The position numbers and the translations under genes were made by a program. From Malacoraja senta (taxonomy: Eukaryota): a stretch of DNA of 64,000 nt. The notes under the pieces are model-generated. The model had not been told where the DNA came from. It was given only the letters and a program-made list of their open reading frames with translations, and ran no database searches. How positions within the stretch are numbered: position 1 is the first letter of the stretch; the number at the start of each line of letters is the position of its first letter. The DNA lies in contig CM075991.1 of NCBI GenBank assembly GCA_038087875.1, positions 2,790,001-2,854,000 on the forward strand, in the 5' to 3' direction. Of this stretch, positions 11,194-24,527 are shown one piece after another.

Positions 11194-14100
11194 GAATACC
11201 GTGGCAAGGTATGCAAGCAAAGAATTTCACTGTGACTTGTCACATGCGACAATAGACAATAGACAATAGGTGCAGGAGTAGGCCCTTCGAGCCAGCACTG
11301 CCATTCAATGTGATCATGGCTGATCGTCCCAATCAGTACCCCGTTCCTGCCTTCTCCCCATATCCCCTGACTCCGCTATCTGTAAGAGCCCTATCTAGCT
11401 CTCTCTTGAAAGTATCCAGAGAACCGGCCTCCACCACCTTCTGAGGCAGAGAATTCCACTCTCACAACCTCTGTGTGACAATAAAGTATTTTATATAGAA
11501 TGAATAAATCAAAATAAAGGATTCAGAAACCCCCACACATCTCCTTTTTTAGTTTTGTTTAGAGATACAGCGCGGAAACAGGCCTATTCGGCCCACCGAG
11601 TACGCACCGACCAGTGATCCCCACACACTAACACTACCCTACACACACTAGGACACTTTACACTTATACTGAGTCGATTAACCCACAAACCGCACGTCTT
11701 AGGAGGGTGGCAGGAAACACGAAGATTTCAGAGAAAACTCACGCGGTCACGGGGAGAACGTACAAACTCCATACAGACAGCACCCTTCGTCGAGACCGAA
11801 CTCGGGTCTCCAGCGCTGCAAGGCAGCAACTCTACCGCTGCGCCCATGTTTATTTTTGTGCTACTAGTCTCACAATTCCCAACATTTCAAAGTCCCAACA
11901 TTTAAATATCAACACGGCTTGTTGAAGAATCATCCACTAAAGAATCAAATTCCGCTTATTAGAAAAGCATCCATAGTCCTCACTGGTTAGTGAACTACAG
12001 AAAAGGTCTGTCAGTATTACTCAGCACATCATAGATTAAAGGATCTGGCTTCACTGATCAGAGATCTTTGTTTTCAGCACATGGAAAAGCTTTCATTGAA
12101 AGTTAGAGATATACATCATCTCTGAACATAGTCCACTAGAACAGTCATCACACAGACTCATACAGTGAAGGGCCAGTCACCTAAATTAAGAATTTGTAAA
12201 TGTCCTTCCAGGGATTTATGAAGGGAAATCATGCTTGACTAATCTTCTGGAATGTTTTGAGGATGTGACAAGTAAAATGGATGAAGGGGTGCCAGTGGAT
12301 GTAGTGTATCTAGACTTTCAGAAAGCCTTTGATAAGGTCCCGCACGGGAGACTGGTGACTAAAATTAGAACACATGGTATTGGGGGTAGGGTGTTGACAT
12401 GGATAGAAAATTGGTTGGCAGACAGGAAGCAAAGAGTAGGAGTGAACGGGTCCTTTTCAGAATGGCAGGCAGTGGCGAGTGGAGTGCCGCAAGGCTCGGT
12501 GTTGGGGCTGCAACTGTTTACCATATATATTAATGATTTGGAAGAGGGAATTAGGAGCAACACTAGCAGGTTTGCGGATGGCACAAAGCTGGGTGGCAGT
12601 GTGAACTGTGAAGACGATGTTAGGAGGTTGCAGGGTGACCTGGACAGGCTGAGTGAGTGGGCAGACGTGTGGCAGATGCAGCATAATATAGATAAATGTG
12701 ACGTTATCCACTTTGGCGGCAAAAACAAGGGGGCAGATTATTATCTCAATGGGGTTAGGTTAGGTAAGGGGGAGGTGCAGCGAGACCTTGGCGTCTTTGT
12801 ACACCGGTCACTGAAAGTTGGCGTGCAGGTCTAGCAGGCAGTGAAGAAAGCTAATGGAATGTTGGCCTTCATAACAAGAGGATTTCAGTATAGGAGTAAA
12901 GAGGTTCTTCTGCAGTTGTATAGGGCTCTGGTGAGACCACATCTAGAGTATTGTGTACAGTTTTGGTCTCCCTAATTTGAGGAAGGACATCCTTGTGATT
13001 GAGGCAGTGCAGCATAGGTTCACGAGATTGATCCCTGGGATGGCGGGACTGTCATATGAGGAAAGATTGAAAAGACTAGGCTTGTATTCACTGGAGTTTA
13101 GAAGGATGAGGGTGGATCTTATAGAAACATATAAATTTATAAAAGGACTGGACAAGCTAGATGCAGGAAAAATGTTCCCAATGTTGGGCGAGTCCAGAAT
13201 ACCGTGGCAAGGTATGCAAGCAAAGAATTTCACTGTGACTTGTCACATGTGACAATAGACAATAGACAATAGGTACAGGAGTAGGCCCTTCGAGCCAGCA
13301 CTGCCATTCAATGTGATCATGGCTGATCGTCCCCAATCAGTACCCCGTCCCTGCCTTCTCCCCATATCCCCTGACTCCGCTATCTTTAAGAGCCCTACCT
13401 AGCTCTCTCTTGAAAGTATCCAGAGAACCGGCCTCCACCGCCTTCTGAGGCAGAGAATTCCACTCTCACAACCTCTGTGTGACAATAATTATTTTATATA
13501 GAATGAATAAATCAAAATAAAAGGATTCAGAAACCCCCACACATCTCCTTTTTTAGTTTTGTTTAGAGATACAGCGCGGAAACAGGCCTATTCGGCCCAC
13601 CGAGTCCGCACCGACCAGTGATCCCCACACACTAACACTATCCTACACACACTAGGGACAATTTACACTTATACTCAGTCGATTAACCCACAAACCCGCA
13701 CGTCTTAGGAGGGTGGCAGGAAACACGAAGATTTTGGAGAAAACTCACGCGGTCACGGGGAGAACGTACAAACTCCATACAGACAGCACCCTTCGTCGAG
13801 ACCGAACTCGGGTCTCTAGCGCTGCAAGGCAGCAACTCTACCGCTGCGCCCATGTTTATTTTTGTGTTACTAATCTCACAATTCCCAACATTTCAAAGTC
13901 CCCAACATTTAAATATCAACACGGCTTGTTGAAGAATCATCCACTAAAGAATCAAATTCCGCTTATTAGAAAATCATCCATAGTCCTCACTGGTTAGTGA
14001 ACTACAGAAAAGGTCTGTCAGTATTATCAGCACATCATAGATTAAAGGATCTGGCTTCACTGATCAGAGATCTTTGTTTTCCAGCACATGGAAAAGGTTT

Positions 14101-15210
14101 CATTGAAAGTTAGAGAATATACATCATCTCTGAACATAGTCCACTAGAACAGTCATCACACAGACTCATACAGTGAAGGGCCAGTCACCTAAATAAAGAA
14201 TTTGTAAATGTCCTTCCAGGGATTTATGAAAGGGAAATCATGCTTGACTAATCTTCTGGAATGTTTTGAGGATGTGACAAGTAAAATGGATAAAGGGGTG
14301 CCAGTGGATGTAGTGTATCTAGACTTTCAGAAAGCCTTTGATAAGGTCCCGCACGGGAGACTGGTGACTAAAATTAGAACACATGGTATTGGGGGTAGGG
14401 TGTTGACAATGGATAGAAAATTGGTTGGCAGACAGGAAGCAAAGAGTAGGAGTGAACGGGTCCCTTTTCAGAATGGCAGGCAGTGGCGAGTGGAGTGCCG
14501 CAAGGCTCGGTGTTGGAGGCCGCAACTGTTTACCATATATATTAATGATTTGGAAGAGGGAATTAGGAGCAACACTAGCAGGTTTGCGGATGGCACAAAG
14601 CTGGGTGGCAGTGTGAACTGTGAAGAGGATGTTAGGAGGTTGCAGGGTGACCTGGACAGGCTGAGTGAGTGGGCAGACGTGTGGCAGATGCAGCATAATA
14701 TAGATAAATGTGACATTATCCACTTTGACGGCAAAAACAAGGGGGCAGATTATTATCTCAATGGGGTTAGGTTAGGTAAGGGGGAGGTGCAGCGAGACCT
14801 GGGCGTCTTTGTACACCGGTCACTGAAAGTTGGCGTGCAGGTCTAGCAGGCAGTGAAGAAAGCTAATGGAATGTTGGCCTTCATAACAAGAGGATTTCAG
14901 TATAGGAGTAAAGAGGTTCTTCTGCAGTTGTATAGGGCTCTGGTGAGACCACATCTGGAGTATTGTGTACAGTTTTGGTCTCCTAATTTGAGGAAGGACA
15001 TCCTTGTGATTGAGGCAGTGCAGCATAGGTTCACGAGATTGATCCCTGGGATGGCGGGACTGTCATATGAGGAAAGATTGAAAAGACTAGGCTTGTATTC
15101 ACTGGAGTTTAGAAGGATGAGGGTGGATCTTATAGAAACATATAAAATTATAAAAGGACTGGACAAGCTAGATGCAGGAAAAATGTTCCCAATGTTGGGC
15201 GAGTCCAGAA
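11194..15210. repeat. Tandem duplication of ~2.0 kb (CR1 tail, SINE, unique DNA, CR1 RT)
   Basis: GAATACCGTGGCAAGGTATGC starts copies at 11194 and 13197; the copies are colinear and near-identical. Confidence 0.95.
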
Positions 15211-15520
15211 CCAGGGGCCACAGTCTTAGAATAAAGGGGAGGCTATTTAAGACTGAGGTGAGAAAAAACGTTTTCACCCAGTGAGTTGTGAATTTGTGGA
15301 ATTCCCTGCCACAGAGGGCAGTGGAGGCCAAGTCACTGGATGGATTTAAGAGAAAGTTAGAGAGAGCTCTAGGGGCTAGTGGAATCAAGTGATATGGGGA
15401 GAAGGCAGGCACGGGTTATTGATTGAGGACGATCAGCCATGATCACAATGAATGGCTGTGCAGGCTCGAAAGGCCGAATGGCCTCCTCCTGCACCTATTT
15501 TCTATGTTTCTATGTTTCTA
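14217..15520 (+). mobile_element. 5'-truncated CR1 LINE (duplicate partial copy at ~12209-13199)
   Basis: [15 protein letters not shown] motif, [11 protein letters not shown] motif, (TTTCTATG)n tail. Confidence 0.92.
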
Positions 15521-16181
15521 TGATCCTAGGAATGCAGACACAAGGAACTGCAGATGCTGGTTTACAAAAAAAGTGTTGGATGTAACTCAGCGGGTCAGGC
15601 AGCATATCTGCAGAACATGGATATGTGTTGTTATTGGTTGGGACTCTTCTTCAAACTGATTGAGCTGGAGGGCAAGCTGGAAGAGAAGAACGGCAGGACA
15701 AACCTTGGTGAGTGATAGGTGGATACAGGTGAGGGGGGGGAGTAGGGGGGGTTGATTGGCAGATGGTTGGACCAAGGCCAGAGATGAAAGGACAAAACTT
15801 GTGGGATAAGGATAGAAGAAGTGCAAACTGTGAAGCCAGAGGAAGGAATCTAGGTTGAAGGGGAGAATTGGATGCAAGTGCACATGGGGCACAGAGAAGA
15901 GGGAGGTGAAGGGGGAGGGGGGGCAGGGGGGGTGAGGGCAAGTGGGATTGGAATGAGTTTTACTGTATAAAAGGTCTCTCAGTTTGTACACAACCACTGG
16001 TATCCACATCCTGTGGTCTTATTATTCATGGAAAACATCCCCAATCTCTGCAGCGCTGCTTTCTGCAATGGGTTCCTTGTGATTTGAGCAAGGTATCATT
16101 GGCAAAGCTTGTTGAGTGCTTGGAATTTCAGACTTTAGACAGTTTTAACTTTAAACGCACAATTTAATGGTAAAACCTTAC

Positions 16182-16230
16182 CTCATCTGCACTGAACTTA
16201 TCAGCTTGTTTCATCAGCAAACTCTTAAAT
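16182..16230 (-). CDS. MYL7: MYL7-like exon 6 (49 bp): (E)FKSLLMKQADKFSADE
   Basis: tag/gtaagg boundaries; QADKFS motif; phase 2 in, phase 0 out. Confidence 0.93.
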
Positions 16231-16544
16231 CTATGAAAACAAACAAATTGTATAAGTGCAATGTTAATGTCCTCACCAGAATAGATCATTAGTGAAGCTG
16301 ATTAGACAGTACGAACTTATTTCTGCTCAATCCATAATTAGATCAACTGAGATAGATCCCCCATAGCTTTAATCTTGTTCTCTTATCAGTGATTAAACTA
16401 ATGTTATTTCAAGAGTGCATCTCATGTCCTCAGATGTGAAGCCAATGAAGCAGATAGTTGCTGTTGGGTTGTGGGATGTATCCCTGTGTAAGATGTGTTG
16501 TGCACCACCCACAAATAGCAATCAGCGTTTGTTTTAAATGATTA

Positions 16545-16943
16545 CTAGACCAAGAGCAGACCCATTGGGTCTGGATCCCGAACGTGCTTCAGACCGCGAG
16601 GCGAAAATCGCTAGTGAAAGAAAAAAAATGGCGTCGTTTTTGGAGCAGAGCCGGGCGGCAGCAGCCGTTATGGTGGCTGGCCAGCAGGAGGAGACAAAAT
16701 GAGTGAGTGGGGGCGGGGGGAGAAGGATTTTATAAAAAATGTGTACATAAAGACGACGAAATTTAGTCAGGAGTGGATACTTGGAATGAAAAGTGAAATC
16801 TCTACCGAAATGGAAAAAATCTCGGCGTTTCTGCGTGTGGTGTTGGCGTAGCAACGAATCAAAGGAAGGCTGGCACCCACAAGACAGGCAAAACACACAC
16901 ACACAGGCAGAAACACACACACACACAGAGTTTCAAATATAGA
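16545..16943 (-). mobile_element. Non-autonomous Helitron (short, ~400 bp)
   Basis: Minus strand 5' TCTATATTTGAAACTC; 3' hairpin CAGACCC-AAT-GGGTCTG followed by CTAG then T. Confidence 0.8.
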
Positions 16944-17384
16944 CTAGACCAAGTGCAGACCCGTTGGGTCTGTTTCCCCAACGCGCGTTTGCGGGGGGGC
17001 GGGGGGGGGGGGGGCTGCGGCGTCACACTAATCACATTGGGTCTGTTCCTCCAAAGCACGGTTGCGGGGTGGGAATCTGGCACCCACAAACACACACACT
17101 CAACACACCCCTTGATATTATCTTAATTTTATTAATTGGCTTCTTTTATCCCATCTCCACCCTATCCACTGACGAATGGATAGGGTGGAGATGGAAATAC
17201 AACAATTTAAATGGTAAAGATAACATTTATTCAGTTATGTTAATTTTTGTTGTGTCTCTTGCTCCATGTTTTGTGTTCTTTCTCGTTGATCCTCGACATA
17301 TTCAGTTATTTCTTCTTGGGTCTCCTCTTTCTCCCTCCACACTCTTCCCCCTCCCTCCCCTACCCCATTTCCCTAATCCCCTTC

Positions 17385-17887
17385 CTGACTCGCTGCTGCG
17401 GCCCGACTCCGGAGCTCCAGATCCAGCTGCAGACTTGTGGACTATCATATCGGGAGCTCGCGGGTCCGGGTGAGAGACCGCTTTCCGGAGCTCCCGCAAC
17501 GCAACTTCTCCCGCCCGTGTCGCGGGGTTGGAACGACCGGAGCGGGGCCGTAAATCCAGCGCCCGCCGGGGGCTCCAACTTTGTGACTTTTGGGCCTGGA
17601 GCGAGGCCGTATACCGCCCGGCGCGGCCTCAACGGCCGTGGGACTTAACATTGCCCGCCTGGGGCTTCAACATCGGGAGAAAAATGGTGCATGGGAGAGA
17701 AAAGACTTTGCCTTCAATCACAGTGAGGAGGAGATTCACTGTGATGGATGTTTTTCTGTAAATTGAATTGTTTGTGTGTCGTGTAGGAATTGTTTTGTTT
17801 GTATGGCTGCGGAAACGGAGTTTCGTTTGAGCCTCTTTGAGGTTCAAATGACAAGAAATAAATCAAATCAAATCAAATCAAATCAAA
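17385..17887 (+). mobile_element. GC-rich non-autonomous retroelement copy with (AAATC)n tail, inside the Helitron
   Basis: Shared TGCCTTC-stem-GGATG module at 17709-17750; 5' boundary approximate. Confidence 0.6.
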
Positions 17888-17889
17888 AT

Positions 17890-18850
17890 TAGGGAGATTG
17901 GGCAGGGGAGGGAGGGTGAAGAGTGTGGAGGGAGGGGGAAGAGTGTGGAGGGAGAAGGGTGGGGGAGAGAGGGTTGGGGGTGGGAGGAGGAGGGGAGGAG
18001 GAGGGGAGGAGAGGGAAAGGGAAAGGGGTGGGGGGAGGGAGATGGAGAGGGGGGGAGTGAGGGGTGGGGGTTGGGAGGAGAGAGGGATGGGGGAGGGGGA
18101 GAGAGGTGTGGGGGATGGGGGGAGGGAGATGGGGTAGGGGAGATGGGAGAAGAGTGTGGGGGGAGGGGGAGACGGGTGGGGGAGAGGGGAAAGAGTGGGG
18201 AGGGAGAGTGGGAGGGGGAGAGAAGTGGGAGAGTGGGGGAGGGGGGAGGGAAGTGGAAGAGTGGGGAGGGAGGGAGGAGGAGAGGAGTAGGAGGAGTGGT
18301 GGAAGAGGGACAGGGAAAGTGGTGGATGAGGGACAGAGGGATAGGGGAAGGGTTGGGGGAGAGAGTGGAGGGAGGGGGAAGGGAGGGGGAGAGAGGGGTG
18401 GGGGAGGTAGAGGGAGAGGGGTGGAAGAGTGGGGAGGGGGGGGTAGGGGGAGTGGTGGAAGAGGGACAGAGGGGTAGGGGGAAGGGGGCAGGGTGAGAGA
18501 GGGAAGGGGGTGGGGGAGGAGAGGGAGAGGGATGAGGAGGGAGACGGAGAGGGGGAGGAGAGAGGTGTGGGGGAGGGGGGGGAGATGGGGTAGGGGGTTA
18601 GAGTGGGAAGAGTGGATGGAGGGGAAAAGGGGGAGGGAAGTAGGGGAGAGAGAGTGGAGGAGAGAGGGAAGGGGGGTGAGGGAGGAAAGGGGGGTGGGGA
18701 GAGGATGGGTTGGGAGGAGGAGGGGGAGGAGATGGAGAGGGGGAGGGAGAGGGATGGGGAGAGAGGTGTGGGGAGGAGGGAGATGAGGTAGGGGAGGGAG
18801 GGGGAGAGGGGAAATAGTGGGGAGGGAGAGTGGAAGGGGGAGGGGTAGGG
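17890..18850. repeat. G/A-rich low-complexity tract (G-quadruplex/triplex prone)
   Basis: Almost exclusively G and A on the plus strand. A related C/T-rich tract is at 45765-46200. Confidence 0.95.
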
Positions 18851-19287
18851 ACAGTCCATCTGTTCCCCATTCCCTATCACCCCCACACACGTGATGACGC
18901 ACTTCGACACAGGCTGCGGGGGTGGGGGGGGGGAGGGGCTGGGGCTGGGGCTGCTGCAAAGGCGTATGTAAATGGATCCATTCCGATTGGACATATGTGA
19001 GCATTGGGCATTGTGACATCACACGATGGAACGTTTACCAACATTCTATGGGTGAGCTGTTTTTTTTTAACATTTTGAAATTTGGGGAAGTGGGGGGAGA
19101 AGGATTTTATTAAAATTGTGTACATAAACACGACGAAATTTAATCAGGAGTGGATACTTGGAATGAAAAGTGAAATCTCTACCAAAATGGAAAAAATCTC
19201 GGCGTTTCTGTGTGTGGTGTTGGCGTAGCAACGAATCAAAGGAAGGCTGGCACCCACAAGACAGGCAGAAACACACACAGGCAGAAG

Positions 19288-19329
<42 letters not shown>

Positions 19330-19896
19330 CAGATAGATATATAGATAGATAGATAGATAGATAGATAGCTAGATCAGGGCACCAGCATTCCCCACTCCTT
19401 TATTAAATCCTCCTGAGATACATGATGAAAAAGGAAATGGACATAGTAGAACATAGAACAGTACTACACTGGATCAGGCCCTTCGGCCCACAATGTCCGT
19501 GCCCTACATTATGTCATTCTATGCCTGCACGAGACCCTCTATTCCCAGCATATCCGTGTGCCTATCTACAAGCCTCTTAATTGCCATTATCCTACCTGCC
19601 TCTACTATCACCCCAGGCAGTGCGAGCCAGGCACCCAGCACTCAATGGGTAAAACACACTTACTCCGTACATCTCCTTTAAAGTTGACCCTCTCACGTTA
19701 GAGCTGTGCCCTCTACTGTTTGACATTTCCACCCTGGGATGATTATGATTGTCCACCCTGTCTCCAGAGAAAGCAATCTAAGTTTGTCCAATCTCTCCTA
19801 ATAACATTTTGTCTAATAATCTGAACTATTTATTTTGATACAATTCGTACTCCACTGCCAATGTCTGCTGGATGGACAGGACAGAAAAATGGGATT

Positions 19897-20180
19897 AGTT
19901 TAGTTTAGTTGAGTTTAGAAATACAGCATGGAAACAGGCCCTTCAGCCCACTGAATACAAGCTCACCAGCAATCCCCGTACACCAGCTCTGTCCTACACA
20001 CATTTACAATTAGTACCAAAGCCAATTAACCTACAGACCTGTACATCTTTGGAATGTGGGAGGAAACTGGAGCACCCGGAGACAACCCACGTGGTCACGG
20101 GGAGAACGTACAAAGTCCGTACAGATCAAACCCGGGTCTCTAGCATTGTAAGGCAGCAACTCTACTGCTGCACCACCATT
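19897..20180 (-). mobile_element. V-SINE (HE1-like)
   Basis: Same head, core and tail as the other copies. Further copies at about 11550-11845, 13553-13850, 29925-30215, 32072-32390, 42010-42255, 50360-50645, 61188-61722 and 63885-64000. Confidence 0.8.
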
Positions 20181-22295
20181 ATCATGCCAAGGGTTGGAGA
20201 TTCTGCTTCCATCGTTGGGGTTGCTCTTGTTAATTGCAGATGACATCTGATGCAAGATACTGATAATGTGATGTTGCCTGACCACATGATCAAACAGTTT
20301 GCTCATTGTCTTTCAAAAGTCTTATGCCTGACTAAATGTGCTGTGCTAAATGCATGCTGAAAGTGAGCACTAATGCCAAACCCAAAGTCATTAAAAAAAA
20401 AAAAAATTGGAATGACTTGGTTGAAGAAGTTAAAACAGACTCGTACATTTTGCCCTCATTTTTCTTGGGGCATTGTAGCAGTGAGGGTATTTGCAGCTTG
20501 ATCTGTGAGTGGGGTCTCTCTCTTTCTCTGGCAGCTTTGCAGGCTGCCACGGGGTTGGGAGCGAGTGGGGGAAGGGTGAACAATGGGGCTGGGGGAGGGA
20601 TGGGCAAGGCTGTGGGCTAGGAAAAGAGCGCAGTGGAGCAATCAGATGGTGCTGGTGGGTTGGCCGACAGTGGTGCAATCAAATAGTTGAAGTCATTAAG
20701 TTGGAAAAGGTGCAGGAAACATTGACGAGTTACCTGGGCTTGTGGGCTTGAGTTATGTGTGGAGGTGCATTTTTTCTCCGGAGCAAAGGAGGCTGAGAGG
20801 TGACCTTACTGAAGTATCTAAGATCGTGAGAGGCATGGATAAATTGAACACTCACAGTCTTCTTGCTTGGGTAGAGGATTCAATTATGAATACAATCACT
20901 GCGTTCAAAAGATATTTGGATAGCTACGTAAATGGCTAGGAAGGGTTTAATGGGCTATGGGGTAAAAGCAGGCAATTGCGACTAGCCTAGAATACCAACT
21001 TGGTCAGCATGGCCAGGTGGGCTGAAGGGCCTTGTTCCAAGATGAATAGCTCTACAACCCTATGGCAATGAGTTGTGGGGTTTCTGTAAGTCTGGGGATT
21101 AGTAGGAGGAGGTGGGAGAATCAGGGATGATATCACACCAGGCCACAGTCATTATTACTGAAATAAAATCATTAAATTGTCACTTTCTTCAAGTATAAAC
21201 GACATCTGAGATTGCAACGGAGTCAAAGAAGAAGATCAAGTATAAACTATATCTCTGACACGTCCTTTAAAATCACATTGTTTTGCATTCCCTTCAGTGA
21301 TTTTTCACTTTTTGAACAATTAATTAATAATACATTTTGGCTGGTCGCAAGAACGACAACTAGGTTTTGTAACTTAATTTATTCTGAAAATAGCTTCTTA
21401 GCTCACAGGTTCTCACAACACGTCTGGCCACAACGGTGGTCAGCACTCAACTGCCGCGCAAAAGCGAAACTGCGCAAAAAACAGCAGCCCCTCCCGAGTC
21501 ACGTGACCACGGCTTCCCGAACGCCAGGTTCGATATCTGCGTGCGCCAGCAGGTGCCGCTACAACATCAAAAATCTCTGATCCAATATTTGCCATTAATG
21601 AAATGAGGTGCACTGTACACATTGATGATATTACTACACGCAGAAAATGCAACAGGAAAATTACATTGGTGTAGCAGTGAATTACACTAGGCTACAATTT
21701 CCCAATGAGCAAGATTTTACGAGGAATGATGCGCAGAAACAGCAAAATGTGCCTCAAATTAAAGGCATGGTATTACGGCCTAAATATGGATGCAATTGGA
21801 CTTCCTGCAATCAAACGCTAGTTGCTAGTCACTTCAATAATGTGGCCTGAATATCTGCTGCTACCTTATACAAATGTTGTTCCAGTGAGAATCCAGTGAG
21901 ACACAGGGATTTTGTTTGGGCAGCTTACAACCCAGCAGTATCAATATTGACTTTTCTAGCTTCAAGTAACCCTTGCTTTCCCTCTCTCTCCATCCCTCCC
22001 CCTTCCTAGTTCTCCGACCTGTCTGTCTGTCCCCTTGATTACATTTTTATCTTTCTCACCTTCCTCCAGCTATTCTACATTTCCCTTGAACTTTGTCCTC
22101 TTTGAAGTCTCGTTTTCACACCTTACATTCTTTATCTCTGTGTCTCCCTCTCCCCTGACTTTCAGTCTGAAGAAGGGTCTCGACCCGACACGTCACCCAT
22201 TCCTTCTCTCCAGTGATGCTGTTACTCCAGCATTTCTTTACTATCTCCTGCAAATATTGTCAGTAACCTTGATTTGAGCTCATGGTCTTACTCAC

Positions 22296-22374
22296 TCGTC
22301 CTTGTTGACGTTCCCTGTACCTTGAGGATCGAATAGTTTGAATGCATTCAGAATGGTTTCTTCTGGATCAGTGC
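22296..22374 (-). CDS. MYL7: MYL7-like exon 5 (79 bp): (G)[25 protein letters not shown](E)
   Basis: cag/gtgagt boundaries; GTDPEE..AF..FDP.G.G motif. Confidence 0.95.
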
Positions 22375-22794
22375 CTGTAGGAATAAAGTGAGCTCTTAAT
22401 TGATTGCACTTGCAAGAAACAGTGCAGTGGGACAGATGGAGTCACTGTCAGATACAGCTTGCAAAACAAAAAAATACCTATTTATAGCTATCTGGACAGT
22501 CCAAAGCACTTGAAACCAATTTAAATACTTTTGACATGCAGTCACAGTTGTAATGTAGCAAATATAGCAGCCAATTTGCACAGAATAGAGCCCCGTGAAT
22601 AGCTACATGATAATACCCACTGTCTATTTTAGTGAGGCACAAGTGACTGCAGATGCTGAGCAAAAAAACAAAGTGCTGGAGGAACTCAGTGGCTCAGGCA
22701 GCATCCGCGGAAGGAAATGTGCAGGCGGGCACATTTCAGGTTGGGACCCTTCTTCAGACTGAAGAATTGCAATCTTGTAAAAAGGTAGTCTAAC

Positions 22795-23100
22795 AATGCT
22801 GGAGAAACTCAGCGGGTGGGGCAGCATCTATGGAGCGAAGGAAATAGGCAACGTTTCGGGTTGAGACCCTTCTTCAGACTGATGTGAGGGTGGGGGGGGG
22901 GCGGGAAGAAGAAAGAAAGAGGCGGAGCCAGTGGGCTGAGGGAGAGCTGAGAATGGGAGGAGAAAGCAGGGACTACATGTAATTAGAGAAATCAATGTTC
23001 ATACCGCTGGGGTGTAAACTGCCCAAGTGAAATATGAGGTGCTGCTCCTCCAACTTACAGTGGTGCTCACTCTGGCCATGGAGGAGGCCCAGGACAGAAG
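22795..23100 (-). mobile_element. Penelope-like 3' fragment
   Basis: SVLGLLHGQSEHHCKLEEQHLIFHLGSLHPSGMN peptide plus terminal repeat. Similar plus-strand fragments at about 7000-7410 and 21905-22230. Confidence 0.85.
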
Positions 23101-24092
23101 GGTTCCTTCTTAAATATCTTGTAAAAAGGGATCTTTTTTGACTGAAGGATGTTTGGAGAAAGGACTCGGACCAAAACATCGTCTGTCCATTGCCCTCCAT
23201 GGATACTGATTGGCCCGCTGAGTTCCTTCGGCAGTTTGTCTCTTTTAGCGATGTTGATTAAGTGATAAATATCAATAATGGCGCATGTTAGACCTTGAAT
23301 GCTATTCCTTAAAACAGTGAAATGGGATCTTTTGCATTGACGTGAGATCTGAAAACCTCCAGCAGAACGAGATTGATTCAGCGTTGCATTTGGAGTGCCA
23401 GCCAGCCCAGAGATTTTTGTGCTCAACACACTTGTGTAGGACTTCATCACCAGCCTTGTGACTCAGAAGGCAAGAATGCTATCAGCTATGGGGACAGCGA
23501 ACCTCCAGCACTAACAAGCTTGTGCAAGCAGTAACAAATCATGCAGGAACAACACAAGGAGTAAGACATATGCCAAGATGGCTCTTGGAATTCTGCTTTG
23601 TCAATGGTGGATATGTTGCCAATCCTTTTGCTCAAACAGAGGAGGATTACCAGAATGCTGCCTGAACGGGTTTCAGCTACAGGGAGAGTTTGGGTAGACT
23701 TGGACTGTTTTCTCTGGAACATCAGAGGTTGAGGGGAGACCTGATAGAAGTATATATAATTATAGGGTAGACAGATCGGTTTTCCCAGGGGGAAAATGTA
23801 CAACATTGGAGAGCATAGCTATAAAGTAAGAGGGGAATGCTTAATGGAAATGTGTGGGTCAAATTATTTTTACATACGGAGAGCGGTGGGGGCTTAGAAC
23901 GCGTTGCTAGAGGTGGTGGTGGAGGCAGATAAGATAGTGACGTTTAAGAAGCTTTTAGATAGGCGCATGAACGTGCAGGGAATAGAGGGATTAGGATCAT
24001 GGGCAGGCAGATGAGATCAGTTTAACTTGGCACTCAGCACAAACATCTGTTCTATGTTCTATATGTTAAATATTGCAGGGTTGTTGTCTTAC

Positions 24093-24197
24093 CGCTCAGC
24101 TTTTCCCCAAAGAGACTGAGAAACACAGTGAAGTTCATCGGTCCCTTCCCCTCTTTCAGCATCTCCTCCAGTTCTTCGTCCTTTACATTCAGCTTTC
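24093..24197 (-). CDS. MYL7: MYL7-like exon 4 (105 bp): (G)[34 protein letters not shown](G)
   Basis: tag/gtaag boundaries, phase compatible with exons 3 and 5; GPxNFTVFL motif. Confidence 0.95.
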
Positions 24198-24527
24198 CTA
24201 CAAATATATTCAATCACGTATAAATTCGATCATCTGCATGTTTAAATATTTTTTAATGTGTTTATATTTTTGCATATGTAAATATTATTATTTCTCCATC
24301 ATGAAGCTGTTGGCTTTGAAGTGATCACCTAATGGTGTTGGTTACATGGTACAATTCCAGTGCTCCAAAGAAAATCAATCTATTCTCAGGAGACATCTAA
24401 CTTCTTTAATGCTGGGATTCTGAAACTATCGGATAGCCCAGTCGCTGGAGGGTGGCACAGCTGGGCAGCGGTAGAGTTGCTGCCTTAAAGCGCCAAAGAC
24501 CAGGGTTCGATCCTGGTACAGGTGCTA

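Larger units (their letters stand above)
16944..19373 (-). mobile_element. Non-autonomous Helitron (long) with (TCTA)n 5' end and ~1 kb purine/pyrimidine-asymmetric tract
   Basis: 3' hairpin CAGACCC-AAC-GGGTCTG plus CTAG at 16944. Shares ~200 bp with the adjacent short copy. The whole tandem sits between A16544 and T19374 with no TSD. Confidence 0.75.

Noticed and set aside
17873..19022. Long Pro/Ser/Leu-rich and Gly/Glu/Arg-rich ORFs (up to 377 aa), also at 45546-46279
   Set aside because: Translations of purine/pyrimidine-asymmetric low-complexity DNA inside Helitrons; no domain or splice support.
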